Part shown: positions 1 through 13,322 of the stretch, one piece after another
Position numbering within the stretch: the stretch's first letter is position 1
How the letters are laid out: every line of letters starts with the position of its first letter
Assembly (NCBI RefSeq): GCF_006345805.1
Contig: NC_042998.1
Coordinates: 10,292,001 to 10,356,000, forward strand
From: Octopus sinensis
Taxonomy: Eukaryota
Length of the DNA: 64,000 nucleotides
Reading direction: 5' to 3'
The notes under the pieces: model-generated
The model's input: only the letters and a program-made list of their open reading frames with translations
The model's database searches: none
What the model was told of the DNA's origin: nothing
Program-made: the position numbers and the translations under genes

Positions 1-97
1 AACACACACACAGAAACACACACACACAGAAACACACACACACACAAACACACACACACTCACAAACACACAGAAACACACAGAAACACACACACAG

Positions 98-128
<31 letters not shown>
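1..128. repeat. (CA)n microsatellite with CAGAAA interruptions
   Basis: Direct reading of the sequence. Confidence 0.95.
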
Positions 129-131
<3 letters not shown>

Positions 132-637
132 AGGGATGGGTAGAATGAAAAAAATCTAAGTGAATGGTCACAGTTACAAAACAACAACTCTGTTGAGGAT
201 GGTTTCTGAAATTATGCAAGTTAATAAACATGATTTCTAACAGAGACCCAAGGTCACATTAATTATAGGTAATAGACCCCAGTAAATTGACTGGTGCTAA
301 TTTTGTGGTTAAGATCAATTTTGGCAGGATTTGAACTCAGTTGACACATAGCTACAATTATACAAGCAGATGTGGCTGTGTGGTAAGAAGTCTTACTTCC
401 TAACCACATAGTTTCAGGTTCAGTCCCACTGCAAGGCACCTTGGACAAGTGTCTTCGGCTATAGCAGCAGGTTGACCAAAGCCTTGTGAAAGGATTTGGT
501 AGATGGGAACTTAAAGAATGTCACCATATATATACATGTGTGTGTGTCTGTGTGTAATTTGCATTCGTCCGTCTGCCACAACTGTTTGATATTGGTGCTG
601 GTTTGTTTACGTCCCTGCAGATTAGTTTAGCAAAAGA

Positions 638-1032
638 GGCGTAGGAGTGGCTGTGTGGTAAGTAGCTTGCTTTCCAACCACATGGTTCTGGGTTCAGTCC
701 CACTGCGTGGCACCTTGGGCAAGTATCTTCTACTATAGTCTTGGGCCAACCAAAGCCTTGGGAGTGGATTTGGTAGACGGAAACTGAAAGAAGCCCGTTG
801 TATATATGTATGTGTGTGTGTGTTTGTATGTCTGTGTTTGTTCCTCACAACATCACTTGACAACCGATGCTGGTGTGTTTACATCCCCATAACTTAGCGA
901 TTCGGCAAAACAGACCGATAGAATAAGTACTAGGCTTACAAAGAATAAGTCCTGGGGTCGAATTGCTCGACTAAAGGCGGTGCTCCAGCATGGCCGCAGT
1001 CAGATGACTGAAACAAGTAAAAGAGTAAAAAG
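638..1032 (+). mobile_element. tRNA-derived SINE, family A (head GGCGCAGGAGTGGCTGTGTGG, tail GAAACAAGTAAAAGAG)
   Basis: Pol III A/B-box-like head, internal (TA/TG)n and TAAAAGAG tail. Near-identical to many other copies in the window. Confidence 0.85.
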
Positions 1033-1469
1033 TGATAGAATAAGTCCCTGACAAAAAAATAAATATATAAATAAATAAATAAATAAGCAATGGGGTTGGT
1101 TTATTTAATTAACACCCCTCAAGGCAGTGCCCCAGCATTGCCATAGTCCATTGCCTGAAACAAGTAAAAGATAGAGGGTAATAATACTACAGAGAGGCAT
1201 TTTGTCTGAGATTGATCCCTGGCTTACCATCCCTGCAAGAAGTGCAAAAGATTGTCTTAACTGGTACATCACACGTATTGAGAAGAGCATTGTTGATGTG
1301 AGAACTATTACAACCCATGTATTTTAATTTAACTTTAAAAAAAAAAAAAAATGAACAAACTAGTGAGTTTAGTTTAATGACCTACCAATGTATACTGAGT
1401 TTCTTTGCCCTAAGAGTCGAGAAGACACTCAGCAAGAAATGGAAGCAAATTTGAAAGATGGAGAAAAAC

Positions 1470-1499
1470 CCATAAATAATAATAATAATGATAATGATG

Positions 1500-1530
<31 letters not shown>

Positions 1531-1595
1531 TAATAATAATAATATAATAATAATAATAATATGATAATGATAATAATAATAATAATAATATAATA

Positions 1596-1626
<31 letters not shown>

Positions 1627-1668
1627 TATAATAATAATAATAATAATAATTATTATTATTATAATAAT
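1470..1668. repeat. (AAT)n/(GAT) microsatellite
   Basis: Direct reading. Source of the poly-Ile/poly-Tyr ORFs. Confidence 0.95.
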
Positions 1669-2068
1669 CCTTTCTACTAAAGGCACAAGGCCTCAAATTT
1701 TGGGGGAGGGAACTAGATGAGTACATTGACTCCATGTTTCACTGGCACTTAATTTATCGACCCTAAAAGGATGACCCCAAAGTTGACCTCAGCGGAATTT
1801 GAACTTAGAACGTAAGATGGATGAAATGCTGCTAAACATTTTGCCCTGTATGCTAACAATTCCTGTCTATATAAATGCAGTCTTACTAATTCAGTGTTGT
1901 AAATTTCATAAAGAATTTTTTGTCTTTTTACAAACACACATCAGTTTTCTCAGTTACATAGCACCTCACCTGTTAGCATTTTTAGATGCAAAATCTTGAG
2001 GATCCTTGACATCTCTAGTTCAGACATGGGTGCAGCATGCTGCATAAATTAAAGCAAGGCCAAAACAC

Positions 2069-2134
<66 letters not shown>

Positions 2135-2620
2135 AATAATAATAATATTAATAATAATAATATTAATAATAATAATTATTATTATTATAATAATCCTTTC
2201 TACTAAAGGCACAAGGCCTCAAATTTTGGGGGAGGGAACTAGATGAGTACATTGACTCCATTGTTTCACTGGCACTTAATTTATCGACCCTAAAAGGATG
2301 ACCCCAAAGTTGACCTCAGCGGAATTTGAACTTAGAACGTAGATGGATGAAATGCTGCTAAACATTTTGCCCTGTATGCTAACAATTCCTGTCTATATAA
2401 ATGCAGTCTTACTAATCCAGTGTTGTAAATTTCATAAAGAATTTTTTGCCTTTTTACACACACGCATTAGTTTTCTCAGTTACATAGCACCTCACCTGTT
2501 AGCATTTTTAGATGCAAAATCTTGAGGCTCCTTGACATCTCTAGTTCAGACATGGGTGCAGCATGCTGCATAAATTAAAGCAAGGCCAAAACACAATAAT
2601 AATAATAATAATAATAATAA
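1664..2620. repeat. Near-identical tandem duplication, period about 526 bp (SINE B remnant + unique DNA + (AAT)n)
   Basis: ATAATCCTTTCTACTAAAGGCAC starts at 1664 and 2190, and the following ~400 bp match except for a few substitutions and indels. Confidence 0.9.
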
Positions 2621-3229
2621 CAACACTTGGCGAGAAACGGAGGAAAATTTGAAGAAAGAAGGAAAAAAAAATAATAATGATAATAATAATAATGATAATA
2701 ATCCTTTCTACTACAGGCACAAGGCCTGGATTTTGTAGGGAGGGGAACAGTTGATCACATTGACCCCAGTACTTGACTGGTACTGAATTTATTAACCCTG
2801 AAAGGCTGAGAGACAAAGTCAACCTTGGCAGAATTTGAACTAGAACATAGTGACGGGCAAAATACTACCAAGCATTTTGCCCAGTGTGCTAATGATTCTG
2901 CCAGCTTGCCGCCATAGAAATAATAATAATAATAACAATCCCTTCTACTAAAGGCATAAAGCCTGAAGTTTTGGGGAAGGAGTCTAGTTGATTACATCAA
3001 CCCCAGTGCTCAATTAGTATTTATTTTACCGACCCCTGTGGGATTTGAACTCAGTACATAGTGAGTCAGAAGAAATACCAGTGGGCATTTTGTCCAAAGC
3101 TCTGACTAAGGGTTTTGGTTCAGTAAAAAGCAGGTTAACAATTTTAGCACTAACAATAACAACAAAGAAATCCCCAAAAAGAAGGAACAAGGATTACCTA
3201 GGGGCGAATTAAAGAGCCCAACAGACTCA

Positions 3230-3560
3230 TGATTATGCTGACTACCAAGCCATGCTCAGTACACTCATCCACTCTTCAGAAAATTTAACGGAGGGCCGAA
3301 CATTCCTCTCCACCCTCACCTAACTCTCCAAATGGAACTTGAAGTTGTTGATGGCTCAGTTGAAGAGGAAAGCCCTTGCAGTCATCATGTCCACCACACA
3401 ACCTTTTCCTATAGCTATCAGAGTGAGGAAAACTACCCTTTAGGCCAAAGAAGGGCCACGGGGCAATCACGAACTCAGCTAGTAGATGGTTGCATCTGAT
3501 GTTACTTGACAACAGCTGTTCTGTATAACTTCGCAAGTCAGCAACGAGACACTGAACACA
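3230..3560 (-). mobile_element. Decayed 3' end of an L1/Tx1-like LINE
   Basis: Minus frame reads AINNFKFHLES*VRVERNVRPSVKFSEEW, resembling the recalled C-terminus of L1/Tx1 ORF2. It is followed by simple repeats. Confidence 0.45.
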
Positions 3561-4125
3561 TAACAGCAACAGCAGCAGTAGTAGTAATAGTAGTAGTAGA
3601 GACAAAATAAAACCAAGGCAACAGACAAACAAATAATAAACAGAAGATGAAGTAAAACTACTGCTACTACAAAAGAAGAGTAACAATCAATCTTCAGAAA
3701 CGATGTGAGAAATAATTAAAATTAATATAAAAATGAAAATAAACAACACCTATAAACAAAATTCCTTTGCTATTAAACATTTTCATCATATTACCATTGG
3801 AAGGTTGGAGGCTATATTTTTGGTTTGTTAACTCTTTCCCCAAAAAGAGATATTAATAAATATGTTGGTACATGTGTACTGACTGTCCAACTGCATACCA
3901 GCAGCTCCATAAATAAGTAGGAGCAGCAAATGAAGGCTGTTAGAGTAATGGATCTTTCCTTGATGCACAACAGAATGGTATCAGCCAAGATTTGAACTTA
4001 ACACCTTACATCTTTTTGAATACTAAATTATCTTATCTACACCCTCAGCTCTTTTACGTGTATTTCCAGAATAATTTAATGTTCGTTTTTCCATACTGAC
4101 ATGGGTTGCACTATATATGTATGCA

Positions 4126-4168
<43 letters not shown>

Positions 4169-4169
<1 letters not shown>

Positions 4170-4528
4170 CTAGCACTATGACCCAGCGTTGCCGGGTCAT
4201 AGTACTAGTGCATGCATATACAGCTGCGTGCATGCACACATACACGCGAGTACTGTCCAAATCTCCGACCAATCACATACAGCTAGCTGGCATTCAATTG
4301 GCGTATCAAGTTTCGGGCATTTTGATTGGGTTTTGGATAGAAAATTCACAAAAAAGTCGCTTTTATTGATTTTTTAATGGCTTTATGGGGTGACTGGGGA
4401 AATGTAAAGATGTGCACGACCAACCTCGGATGGTTTTGAATGACCATAGAATGTGTGAGCCTTCTAACTGAAAAATTGTGGATTTGTATAAAGGACACAC
4501 AGACATTTTGCCATTTATATATAGAGAG
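4169..4528 (-). mobile_element. Non-autonomous Helitron-like element (second family)
   Basis: On the minus strand it begins TCTCTATATATAAA and ends with the hairpin CTATGACCCGGCAACGCTGGGTCATAG followed by TGCTAG. Confidence 0.65.
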
Positions 4529-4539
4529 ATATATAGTCT

Positions 4540-4875
4540 GAAGGCACATGACTTAGCAGTTAGGGCGCTGCACTTATGATTATGAGATCATGGTCTCGAT
4601 CCCCAGACTAGGTGTTTGTTGTGTTGTGTTCTTGAGCAAAGCACTTCATTCCACGTTGCTCTGCGATCATTTTGTCATCTGACATGTGGCACATGGTACA
4701 CCTGTACAGGTAATGTTGATTTGATGGAGGGAATGAGCTTACGTGTACACAAATATTTGATCACTATAAACAAATCATCTGTGTGGTTGTTCGGCAAGAA
4801 ATTACCGAACCCTCATATGTTGTCTAACAGTGGGAGTATCCATGATAGTCTGTATGTGTATGAGCTCCAATGAAG
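4540..4875 (+). mobile_element. Diverged tRNA-derived SINE, family D
   Basis: tRNA-like head plus GTGTTGTGTTCTTGAGCAAAGCACTT core shared with 17541-17870. Confidence 0.6.
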
Positions 4876-6199
4876 CTATAAGGTGTTACTCAGGCACCCA
4901 ACTATGAGTCCATTACATCTTCTACAGGCAAAAACAACTGTAAGATAATGAAACTCATAAGTCTGTTCCTTTGTCATCACATATTCAAGGAAAAGTAAAA
5001 ATTAAATATGGTACTCTACTTAAATGCTTAATTATCCTATTACACACTTTGAGTACCTCAACCACCTTATCTACCCATTTCTCTGTCAACAGTATGCCTA
5101 CACCATCTACACCACTATTCCCTTCTCAGAAGAATTTATCTCTGTTCCTTGCCCATGAAAAATCTGGTTGAGGCTCACTTCTCTATCAACTCTTGCACAT
5201 AGCTCAAGTCTACATGCCATTGTTCTAGCATTTCAACAACCTCACCAGGTCTACCTTTCCTTGGGCCTACATTGATTTGGCCGTTCTAAGATTATAAATT
5301 AGATGGGAAGAGTGAATGAGTAGCATCTGAAAAGAAGAGGGTTTGTATGAATATTTGCAAAAAGGTAGTGAGCGCTTGCACATATCCAAATAATTATACT
5401 AGTAATGCTTCTCATTGAATTACCATATCCCTCAGATCCTGAAATCCTCATGCCCATTATATAAGGTCATGGTAGGATTTCAAAATTGTTTATTGATGTA
5501 GTTCGCAATGCTATATATTTCATATGCATGTTGAATAAGGGATCAACTAATAAAGTTTACATACAGCTTGGTGCAGTTTGATGTGGCTTCCATTTGTTGC
5601 CCTGCACACATCCCATTGATACCTTAGTTGGATGAATTGAAGAAAACTTTACAGAGATGCAATTTCATACATACATACATATCAAATTGTGTGAAAAAAA
5701 GGAGAAAAGGTAGGGAAAAGGGGACTCTTTAATCTTGACAAAGAGGACTTTTTAGTCTTTCTGGTAACAAGACAACAATGGTAGTAACAATGCCATGAGG
5801 TAATGCACTCTGGTTGGTGATAAGAAGGGAAACTATGCAAAAACTAGAACTACTAAGTGAAAAGTGGTCTCTGATTTACCTAGGAGGACATTAACTCCAA
5901 ATAAAAATTCACAGACTGTGACAACCTGTCCAGCACATGCAGGCATGGTAAAGCAAACATAAAATGATGATAATGTGTTCTCAGCAAACACAACCAAGTT
6001 ATTTAATAAACCAAAGCCAGTAATTTTGTAGACCCTGAATAACCCACATACTGGATATTTTCGGAACTCATTGATTAAAGTTATGTGGGTGAACCAAATT
6101 GGACAAAACAGGCGGCACGTGGATACAAAGATTCCAGAACATCCTCTACTCAAATATTTCATCACAATGACAGAAAATATGTGACAGAAATAGCTTTAA

Positions 6200-6233
<34 letters not shown>

Positions 6234-6767
6234 GTATATATATATTTCATAACTGACACAAATAGTGTGTGTGTGTGTGCACGTGCGTGCATGCATGTGT
6301 GTGTGTAATCTATGTTGTCAGTGCCTAAACTGATTAAAAAAGCTAATGATTAAAGGTGTTCCAACCACAAGTATTCCATCATTTGCACAACCAATTTATC
6401 ATCATCATCATCATCATCATTTAACATCTGCTTTCCTTGCTAGCATGGGTTGAACCAATTATATTGTACAATGCATAGCTCATTTTTCAAGATGGCAGGT
6501 TGTGATTTGGCTACTATTTCTAGCATGTCAAGGGACAGTTTTGGTTTATGTGCTTGTATAAATACATATTAAGGTACTCAATACACACCAGTTGTGAAGT
6601 GTGTAGAATCTGCTTTTGCTGTTGTTGCATAGCCCCAAACTAGCGCTGATAGAGCAGTTCGATGGCAAGCAGATAGACAACTGAATAATACGGTACAACC
6701 TACTGATTCAGCTTCTAAGTTACACCATAACTTCATGAATACCATACTACATACTGCAACAATGGAA

Positions 6768-7343
6768 TAGAAATCGAAATTGAACCAATCCTATGACTGG
6801 CACCCGGCAGATGCCAGGACCCCTGGACTGGTGGTACGTAAAAAGCACTATCCGAATCGTGGCCAATGCCAGCGCCGCCTTGACTGGCTTCCGTGCCGGT
6901 GGCACGTAAAAAGCACCATCCGAATCGTGGCCGATGCCAGTGCCGCTTCGACTGGCTTCCATGCCGGTGGCACGTAAAAAGCACCATCCGAATCGTGGCC
7001 AATGCCAGTGCTACCTCGACTGGCTTCCGTGCCGGTGGCACATAAAAAGCACCATCTGAATCGAGGCCGATGCCAGTGCCACCTCGACTGGCTTCCGTGC
7101 CGGTGGCACGTAAAATGCACCAATCCGACCGTGGCCGTTGCCAGCTTCGCCTGGCACCTGTGCAGGTGGCATGTAAAAAGCACCCACTACACTCACGGAG
7201 TGGTTGGCGTTAGGAAGGGCATCCAGCTGTAGAAACACTGCCAGATAAGACTGGGCCTGGTGCAGCCTCCTGGCTTCCCAGACCCCAGTTGAACCGTCCA
7301 ACCCATGCTAGCATGGAGAACGGACGTTAAACGATGATGATGA
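6768..7343 (+). mobile_element. RTE LINE 3' UTR copy with four 68-bp tandem units plus a 63-bp variant and (GAT)n tail
   Basis: Unit starts (GGTGGCACG...) at 6830, 6898, 6966, 7034, 7102 and 7165. The terminal segment matches the 3' UTR following the RTE ORF at 38800-40575. Confidence 0.85.
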
Positions 7344-7499
7344 GTGTGGTTTGATAGTCTAGACACACTGCCCTCTCTCCACTGTCCTGTTCGTTTCTGT
7401 ATGCTTATAGGTTTTGATGGCAACCATACTGGCGGCACAGCAGTTGCTGCTCCTTTACACCTATTTTTGGGAGTGAGCAACAGGTGAAGTCGTGCTCTG

Positions 7500-8460
7500 G
7501 GGATATTACAGATAGGTCTGAATGTTTGAAAAGTGATTATTCAGACAGTGACAGTGATTGTGGAAGCTGAAGCTTACAGCCAGAAGAGACTCTCCCCCTT
7601 CAATGTTCAGGTGTTCTTTTCTTTTCGATAGCTTTGTTTCTTTGAGTAGGTGATCTGTAGGTGTGGTCATTGCACAACCTGAAATGATATGTAACATACA
7701 GGTTTATGTATTTTGTGGTTTGTTGTGAGGATATCAAGGACACACGTAAGACTGGTATAGTCTATAAAGGATTTAGTGTAGTGTTTGTATGTCATTACTA
7801 CTGTGTCTTTTTCGTAGACAAATATGGTATTTGTGATTGTTCTGTGGGCTGTTTTGCTTTTTCCACTGTGTCCTCTATGTGAGCGGATAATGCTGCAGAG
7901 GGATTGTATGTAATTCCTGCTATTTTCCTGGTGTGTGTGTGTGTGTGTGTGTAGTATGTGATGTTTAGTATGATGGTTGTTTATTCTTTTACTCTTTTAC
8001 CAGCTCTAGTCCATTTACTATGGCCAAAGTGAGTTACCACCATTGTATACAATGTTCTCTGGCCTTGCAAGTAAAATGGATTTAGTAGGTGTTATTGTAA
8101 AATGTTGCTGTGAGCTGAGTTTTCAGAGGATTTAAGTACAGTTCAAGCAATGGAGTAACAATATCTGGAGAATGATGAGCAGATATGAGCATGATATTAT
8201 TTATGTATAAAGGTGTCTGTTTTGGGGTGGTGTGAAAAATTGCAGAGATGTCGAACGGTCATGTAGACGCAGGTTGAAGAGAATGGGTGAAAGGAGTGAT
8301 CCTTGTGGTACACAATTTGGAAAACTGCAGTTCCTCTAATACAGGCTTAGTGGCTTCACATAGTTTCCTAGTTAGCATTTTGCATTGATACTATGGTTTC
8401 ACTCAGGTAATTTAAGTGGATATTAAAGTTTCTCAGTGGTTTGCAAAATTTCCGTCTGAT
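7500..8460 (-). mobile_element. Old, heavily decayed non-LTR reverse transcriptase fragment
   Basis: Minus frame at about 8270-8320 reads VPQGSLLSPILFNL, the RT GVPQGS.LSP.LFN motif. Confidence 0.55.
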
Positions 8461-10054
8461 GTTCACTTGGCTCCCCACAAGAAACCATAGAACAGACTTA
8501 ATTATATAGTTACACACACAAATACATAAATCTTTTCTTTCAGTCAAAATATAGCCTTTGTAGGATTTCTACCCTGACATTAAAACAGCTCTGACCCAAA
8601 CAAACTGTTTCCTCTTTCCTTCATAAATGAATAAATAATTAGAGGAGAATGAAATTCAAAGCAGCAACTGAAATTGCATGGTGACAGGAATTTCTGCCCC
8701 GGAGAAGAAATAGAAAAACATTGTAGTGAAATGATAACTACTCAATTTGAAATATGAAAAAGTTTCTGAACAAACCTGTGTTTTTCTTTCCAACTTTTGT
8801 TTTCTTTTAACAAAGAATAGCAAATGAACAATGTACCTACTCTCTTTTTCTCTTTTCCTTCATCTCACTCACACCACAATTCCAAGGTGGACACCATTAA
8901 CAATGAAAAATATTTCACACAACACTTTATATTCTTACATATATATATATATAAAATGACTCAAAGTAAATAAACTAATAAAAACACCTGTGTTCACAAT
9001 TTCTCACAAATAAATAAATAGATAAATGAATAAATAAAAAGAATTACAATGATATAAATGAAAAGAATGAGTCCAGTTGAGAAAGTGAAATTACACAGAA
9101 GGTGTAGAAAGATTAAGTTGGCATTTCAAAGTTGATAGAATTTACCTGTGTAGATACATTGTTATAGAAAATAGTAAACAGGTAAGAAATTTAAGATAAT
9201 GTAAATGAATTTAGACATTGAACTGAGACGGTAAGAAGACCCATGCTATGAGACAGTGATTGGTAGTAACAAGTTAGATAAGGGCTGTTACCTCAGCAAC
9301 ACAATCAGATATATACTTGAAAATAGTAAATAACACTTCACTGTTTGGTACTAAATAGAGTGACTGGAAAAGAAACATTAGTGGAAGAGCTGAAGGACAT
9401 TTTGTCTGCTTACAAAAGTCAAATCGAATGATTACAAGTGTTTCAAATGTCTGTCAGTTGGGTATCTGAAATGTTTGTTATAAAGATAGAGCTAACAATG
9501 TGCAAATCTGTAACCTATAAATCCGCATGCCAACGAAGTTAAACTGGAAGGAAGAATAACAGTAGACAGAAGCTATTTTGAAACAACTTAGAAGTAAACT
9601 ACTAGATGCATTGGTCTTGAGAAGGTTAATGCTAAATTTAACCAAGAACTCCAACGAGGCATAGTTTCTGACTTGATCATTTAGATACATTAATCAATAG
9701 ATAAAAATAAGGTTTCAACTATGAAAAAATTGAGATAGACAAATTCCATATCTTTGTTTAAAAAAAAATGTTTCATATGAATTTTTATTACAAAAGATAA
9801 ATGACTTTTATCAACAATGCTTGGATAGGTCTGCAAATGTTGATATTTATATAACTTATTAAAGCCTGTGTTTATTTTGGCTGCTTGATTTCCTTTTTTA
9901 ACAAGTCTGCTTTTGTTCTAATTTTACTGATATATTTTTAACAAATCCTTTAATCTACCGATTTGATCATATGGTAAGCACAATTTATGTTTGACACGGT
10001 CATTCACACACATGCTCTCAGCATGTGCGCACACACACACAATATATATATATG

Positions 10055-10359
10055 TGGAGGCGCAATGGCCTAGTGATTAGGGCAGCGGACTCGCGGTCGT
10101 AGGATCGCGGTTTCGATTCCCAGACTGGGCGTTGTGAGTGTTTATTGAGTGAAAACACCTAAAGCTCCACGAGGCTCCAGCAGGGGGTGGTGGCGATCCC
10201 TGCTGTACTCTTTCGCCACAACTTTCTCTTACTCTTTCTTCTGTTGGCCTGCTCGCTTAGCCAGCGGGGTGGCGTCATTTGAAGACTAAAAAAAAAAACA
10301 ATGCGAAGCGCATTGTGACCAGCGATGTGTAACAACATCTAATGGCCTGGTCGGTCACG

Positions 10360-10362
<3 letters not shown>
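10055..10362 (+). mobile_element. tRNA(Arg)-like SINE, family C
   Basis: Head GGCGCAATGGCCTAGTGATTAGGGCAGCGGACTCGCGGTCGTAGGATCGCGGTTTCGATTCCC contains A and B boxes. Confidence 0.8.
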
Positions 10363-10398
<36 letters not shown>

Positions 10399-11229
10399 AC
10401 ATTTTAACACCCACCTTTACATACTTGTATGAGTCAGACAGAATTCATTGAGGCAGATTTTTCTACTGGTCTCTTTTGTTGAACCACTAAGTCACAGGGA
10501 TGTAAACACACCAACACTGGTTGTCAAACAGTGGTGGGTGTCAAACATAAACACACACACACATGTATGATGGGCTTCTTTCAGTTTCCGTCTACCAAAT
10601 CCACTCACAAGGCTTTGGTCAGTCAGAGGCTATAGTAGCAGACACTTGCCCAAGGACACCACACAATGGGACTGACCCCAGAACCATGTGGTCGGAAAGC
10701 AAACTTCTTAACACACAGCCATGCCTGCACAGAATATGCATTCCCATGCAAGAAACCAAACCCAGGCCCTCTGAGTGAAAACCAAGAGTCCTCCTCACAC
10801 AAAGTAAAGGAAATGGATGTCTCTCAGTTTTGGTGAGGAGCATTCAATTGTTTGATAATCTGTATCACTGACTGTAAGTGGCAGAGTGACAGGGCACTCT
10901 GTCAGTTATGACAAGTGCTCTAGTTGATTCGATCAATGGCACGGCCTACTCATGAAATTAACATGCAATGACTGAGCACTCCATAGATATGCATGCCCTT
11001 AATGTAGTTCTCAGGGAGATTCCATGTGACATAGAATGTGACAAGTCTGGCCCTTTGTATTACACGTACAACTCACCTTTGTTAGCTGAGTGGCCTAAAA
11101 AAAACAGGAACTGAAGTAACTTGCTGCCAGGAATCAAACTCACAACCTTACAATTGTGAAGTGAATACACTAACCACTACGCCCTGTACCGTCACATAGC
11201 TGAGTATTCCACAGATATATATATCTATA

Positions 11230-11460
11230 GGCGGCGAGCTGGCAGACACGTTAGCGCGCCGGGTGAAATGCTTAGCGGTATTTCGTCTGTCTTTATGTTC
11301 TGAGTTCAAATTCCGCCGAGGTCAACTTTGCCTTTCATCCTTTCTGGGTCGATAAATAAAGTACCAGTTTCACACTGGGGGCGATATAATCGACTCAATC
11401 CCTTTGTCTGTCCTTGTTTGTCCCCTCTATGTTTAGCCCCTTGTGGGCAGTAAAGAAATA
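11230..11460 (+). mobile_element. tRNA-derived SINE, family B
   Basis: GGCGGCGAGCTGGCAG head. The central GGTCAACTTTGCCTTTCATCCTTT..GGGTCGATAAATAAAGTACCAG resembles the conserved 'Meta' SINE domain as I recall it. Confidence 0.8.
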
Positions 11461-12925
11461 GATATATATATATCTATAACATAATCCATAACTTATCCAT
11501 AATCTTCTGACAGAATCAGCATGACAGAGAGTGACAGAGAAAGTCCCTCGGATTACAAATACAATCCATTTGATGAAGCAATGTGGAACAATAAAATTCC
11601 TGTAACAGATTAAAACACATGGTCTTTGACACTGAGCCAATTGATGTATCCTGTATGTGGCTGTCCAAGATGCTGGAAATAATAACCATATACCCCTTAA
11701 ATCACACCCTGCTATTCATAAAACAGAAAAAAAACTTATGGGTATACAATTTTTTCTTTTAAATAGGATGGTTAGGGGCAGGTGCTTTTGATTACAGGTA
11801 ATTTAAGACCAAACATAAACAGGAACAATTATGGCCTTCAAACGATACTATTTTGCTCAGACATCTCCTCACTATGTTTACAAATATTGGCCTAATTCCA
11901 AGTTTTAACAAAATAAGAGAAATTAAGACAAGAGACAAGAAGTTTGCTTCCCAGCCAAATGGTTCCAGGTTCAGTCCCACTCTGTGGCACCTTGGGCAAG
12001 AGTCTTCTAGTACAGCACCAGGTCAACCAAAGCCTTGTGGGTGGGTTTGTTGATGGAAACTGAAAGAAACCTGTCATACATATATATATATATATATATA
12101 TATCTGCTTGACAACTGTTGGTTTGTTTACATCCCCATAATCTAGTGGCTCAACAAAAGAGACTGATAGAATAAGTATCAAGCTTTGAAAATAAGTACTG
12201 TGGTTGATTTGTTTGACTAAACACTTCAAGGCAGTGCCCCAGCAAGGCCACAGTCCAGTGACTGAAGCAAATAAAAAAATAGAAAGATTATAGCAGTGTA
12301 ATGTTATAAGTTTGCTTTGCTATCATATAGTTTCAGAGTTCAGTCCCACTGCTTGGCATCTGTAGCAGGCACCTTCCAATTCAACCTCAGGTTGACCAAT
12401 GTTTTTGAGTAAAATTTGGTAGATGGAAATTATGGAAGCCTATCATGCATATATGTGTGCATTTGGGTATACCTGCCTCCAAGTCTTTACATTAACACCA
12501 TTTAAAAACAGTGCTCTTCATTGAAATGCCATTACTTAGTGACTGGACAAATAGTGATTGATAAACTCCAGATTTAAAATAAGTAATGGGTTAAAATGAT
12601 TGAAACCCATCAAAGCAGCAACCTTGTATTGCTGCAGTCCAATGACAGAAACAACAATAATAATAATAATCCTTTCAACTAAAGGCACAAGGCCTGAAAT
12701 TTGGGGGGAGCTAGTTGATTACATGGATCCCAATGTTCAGCTTGTATTTATTTTATTGCCCCTTAAAGGATGAAAGGCAAGGGTCAGCCTCAGCAGAATT
12801 TGAACACAGACTGTGAAGAGCAGGAAAAATGCAGCCAAGTATTTTGCCAAGTGTGCCAATGATTCTACAGGCTTGCCACTTTCATGATGATAAATGATAA
12901 TGATGATAATCATTCTTTCTACTAT

Positions 12926-13322
12926 AGGTCCACCGTCGCACTACTGGCACTCGAGCCCCGTGCTAGTAGGGTATTAAGAGCACCATCTGAGCATGATCGT
13001 TGCCAGAGCGGTTATCTGGCCTCCGTGCCGGTGGCATGTAAAAAACACCATTCGAGCGTGATCGTTATCAGCATCGCCTTACTGGCACCCGCGCCGGTGG
13101 CACGTGTAAAAGATTCGAGCGAGGTCGTTGCCAGTGCCGGTGGCATGTAAAAAGCACCCACTACACTCTCGGAGTGGTTGGCGTTAGGAAGGGCATCCAG
13201 CTGTAGAAACTCTGCCAGATCAAGATTGAAGCCTGGTGCAGCCATCTGGTTCGCCAGTCCTCAGTCATACGTCCAACCCATGCTAGCATGGAAAGCGGAC
13301 GTTAAACGATGATGATGATGAT
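12926..13322 (+). mobile_element. RTE 3' UTR copy (subtype like 40200-40575)
   Basis: Shared terminal 150 bp and (GAT)n tail. Confidence 0.8.

Noticed and set aside
1382-2246. Poly-Ile/Tyr/Leu ORFs, and similar YI/CV/ER/SL-repeat ORFs elsewhere in the window
   Set aside because: They are translations of (AAT)n, (TA)n, (CA)n and (CT)n microsatellites.
6830-7190. CRISPR-like regular repeat array
   Set aside because: The units are contiguous tandem copies with no unique spacers, there are no cas genes, and the array is part of a eukaryotic LINE UTR.
10055-10130. Possible tRNA-Arg gene (also at 17541 and 45539)
   Set aside because: No proper acceptor stem or poly-T terminator, and each continues into a multicopy SINE body.
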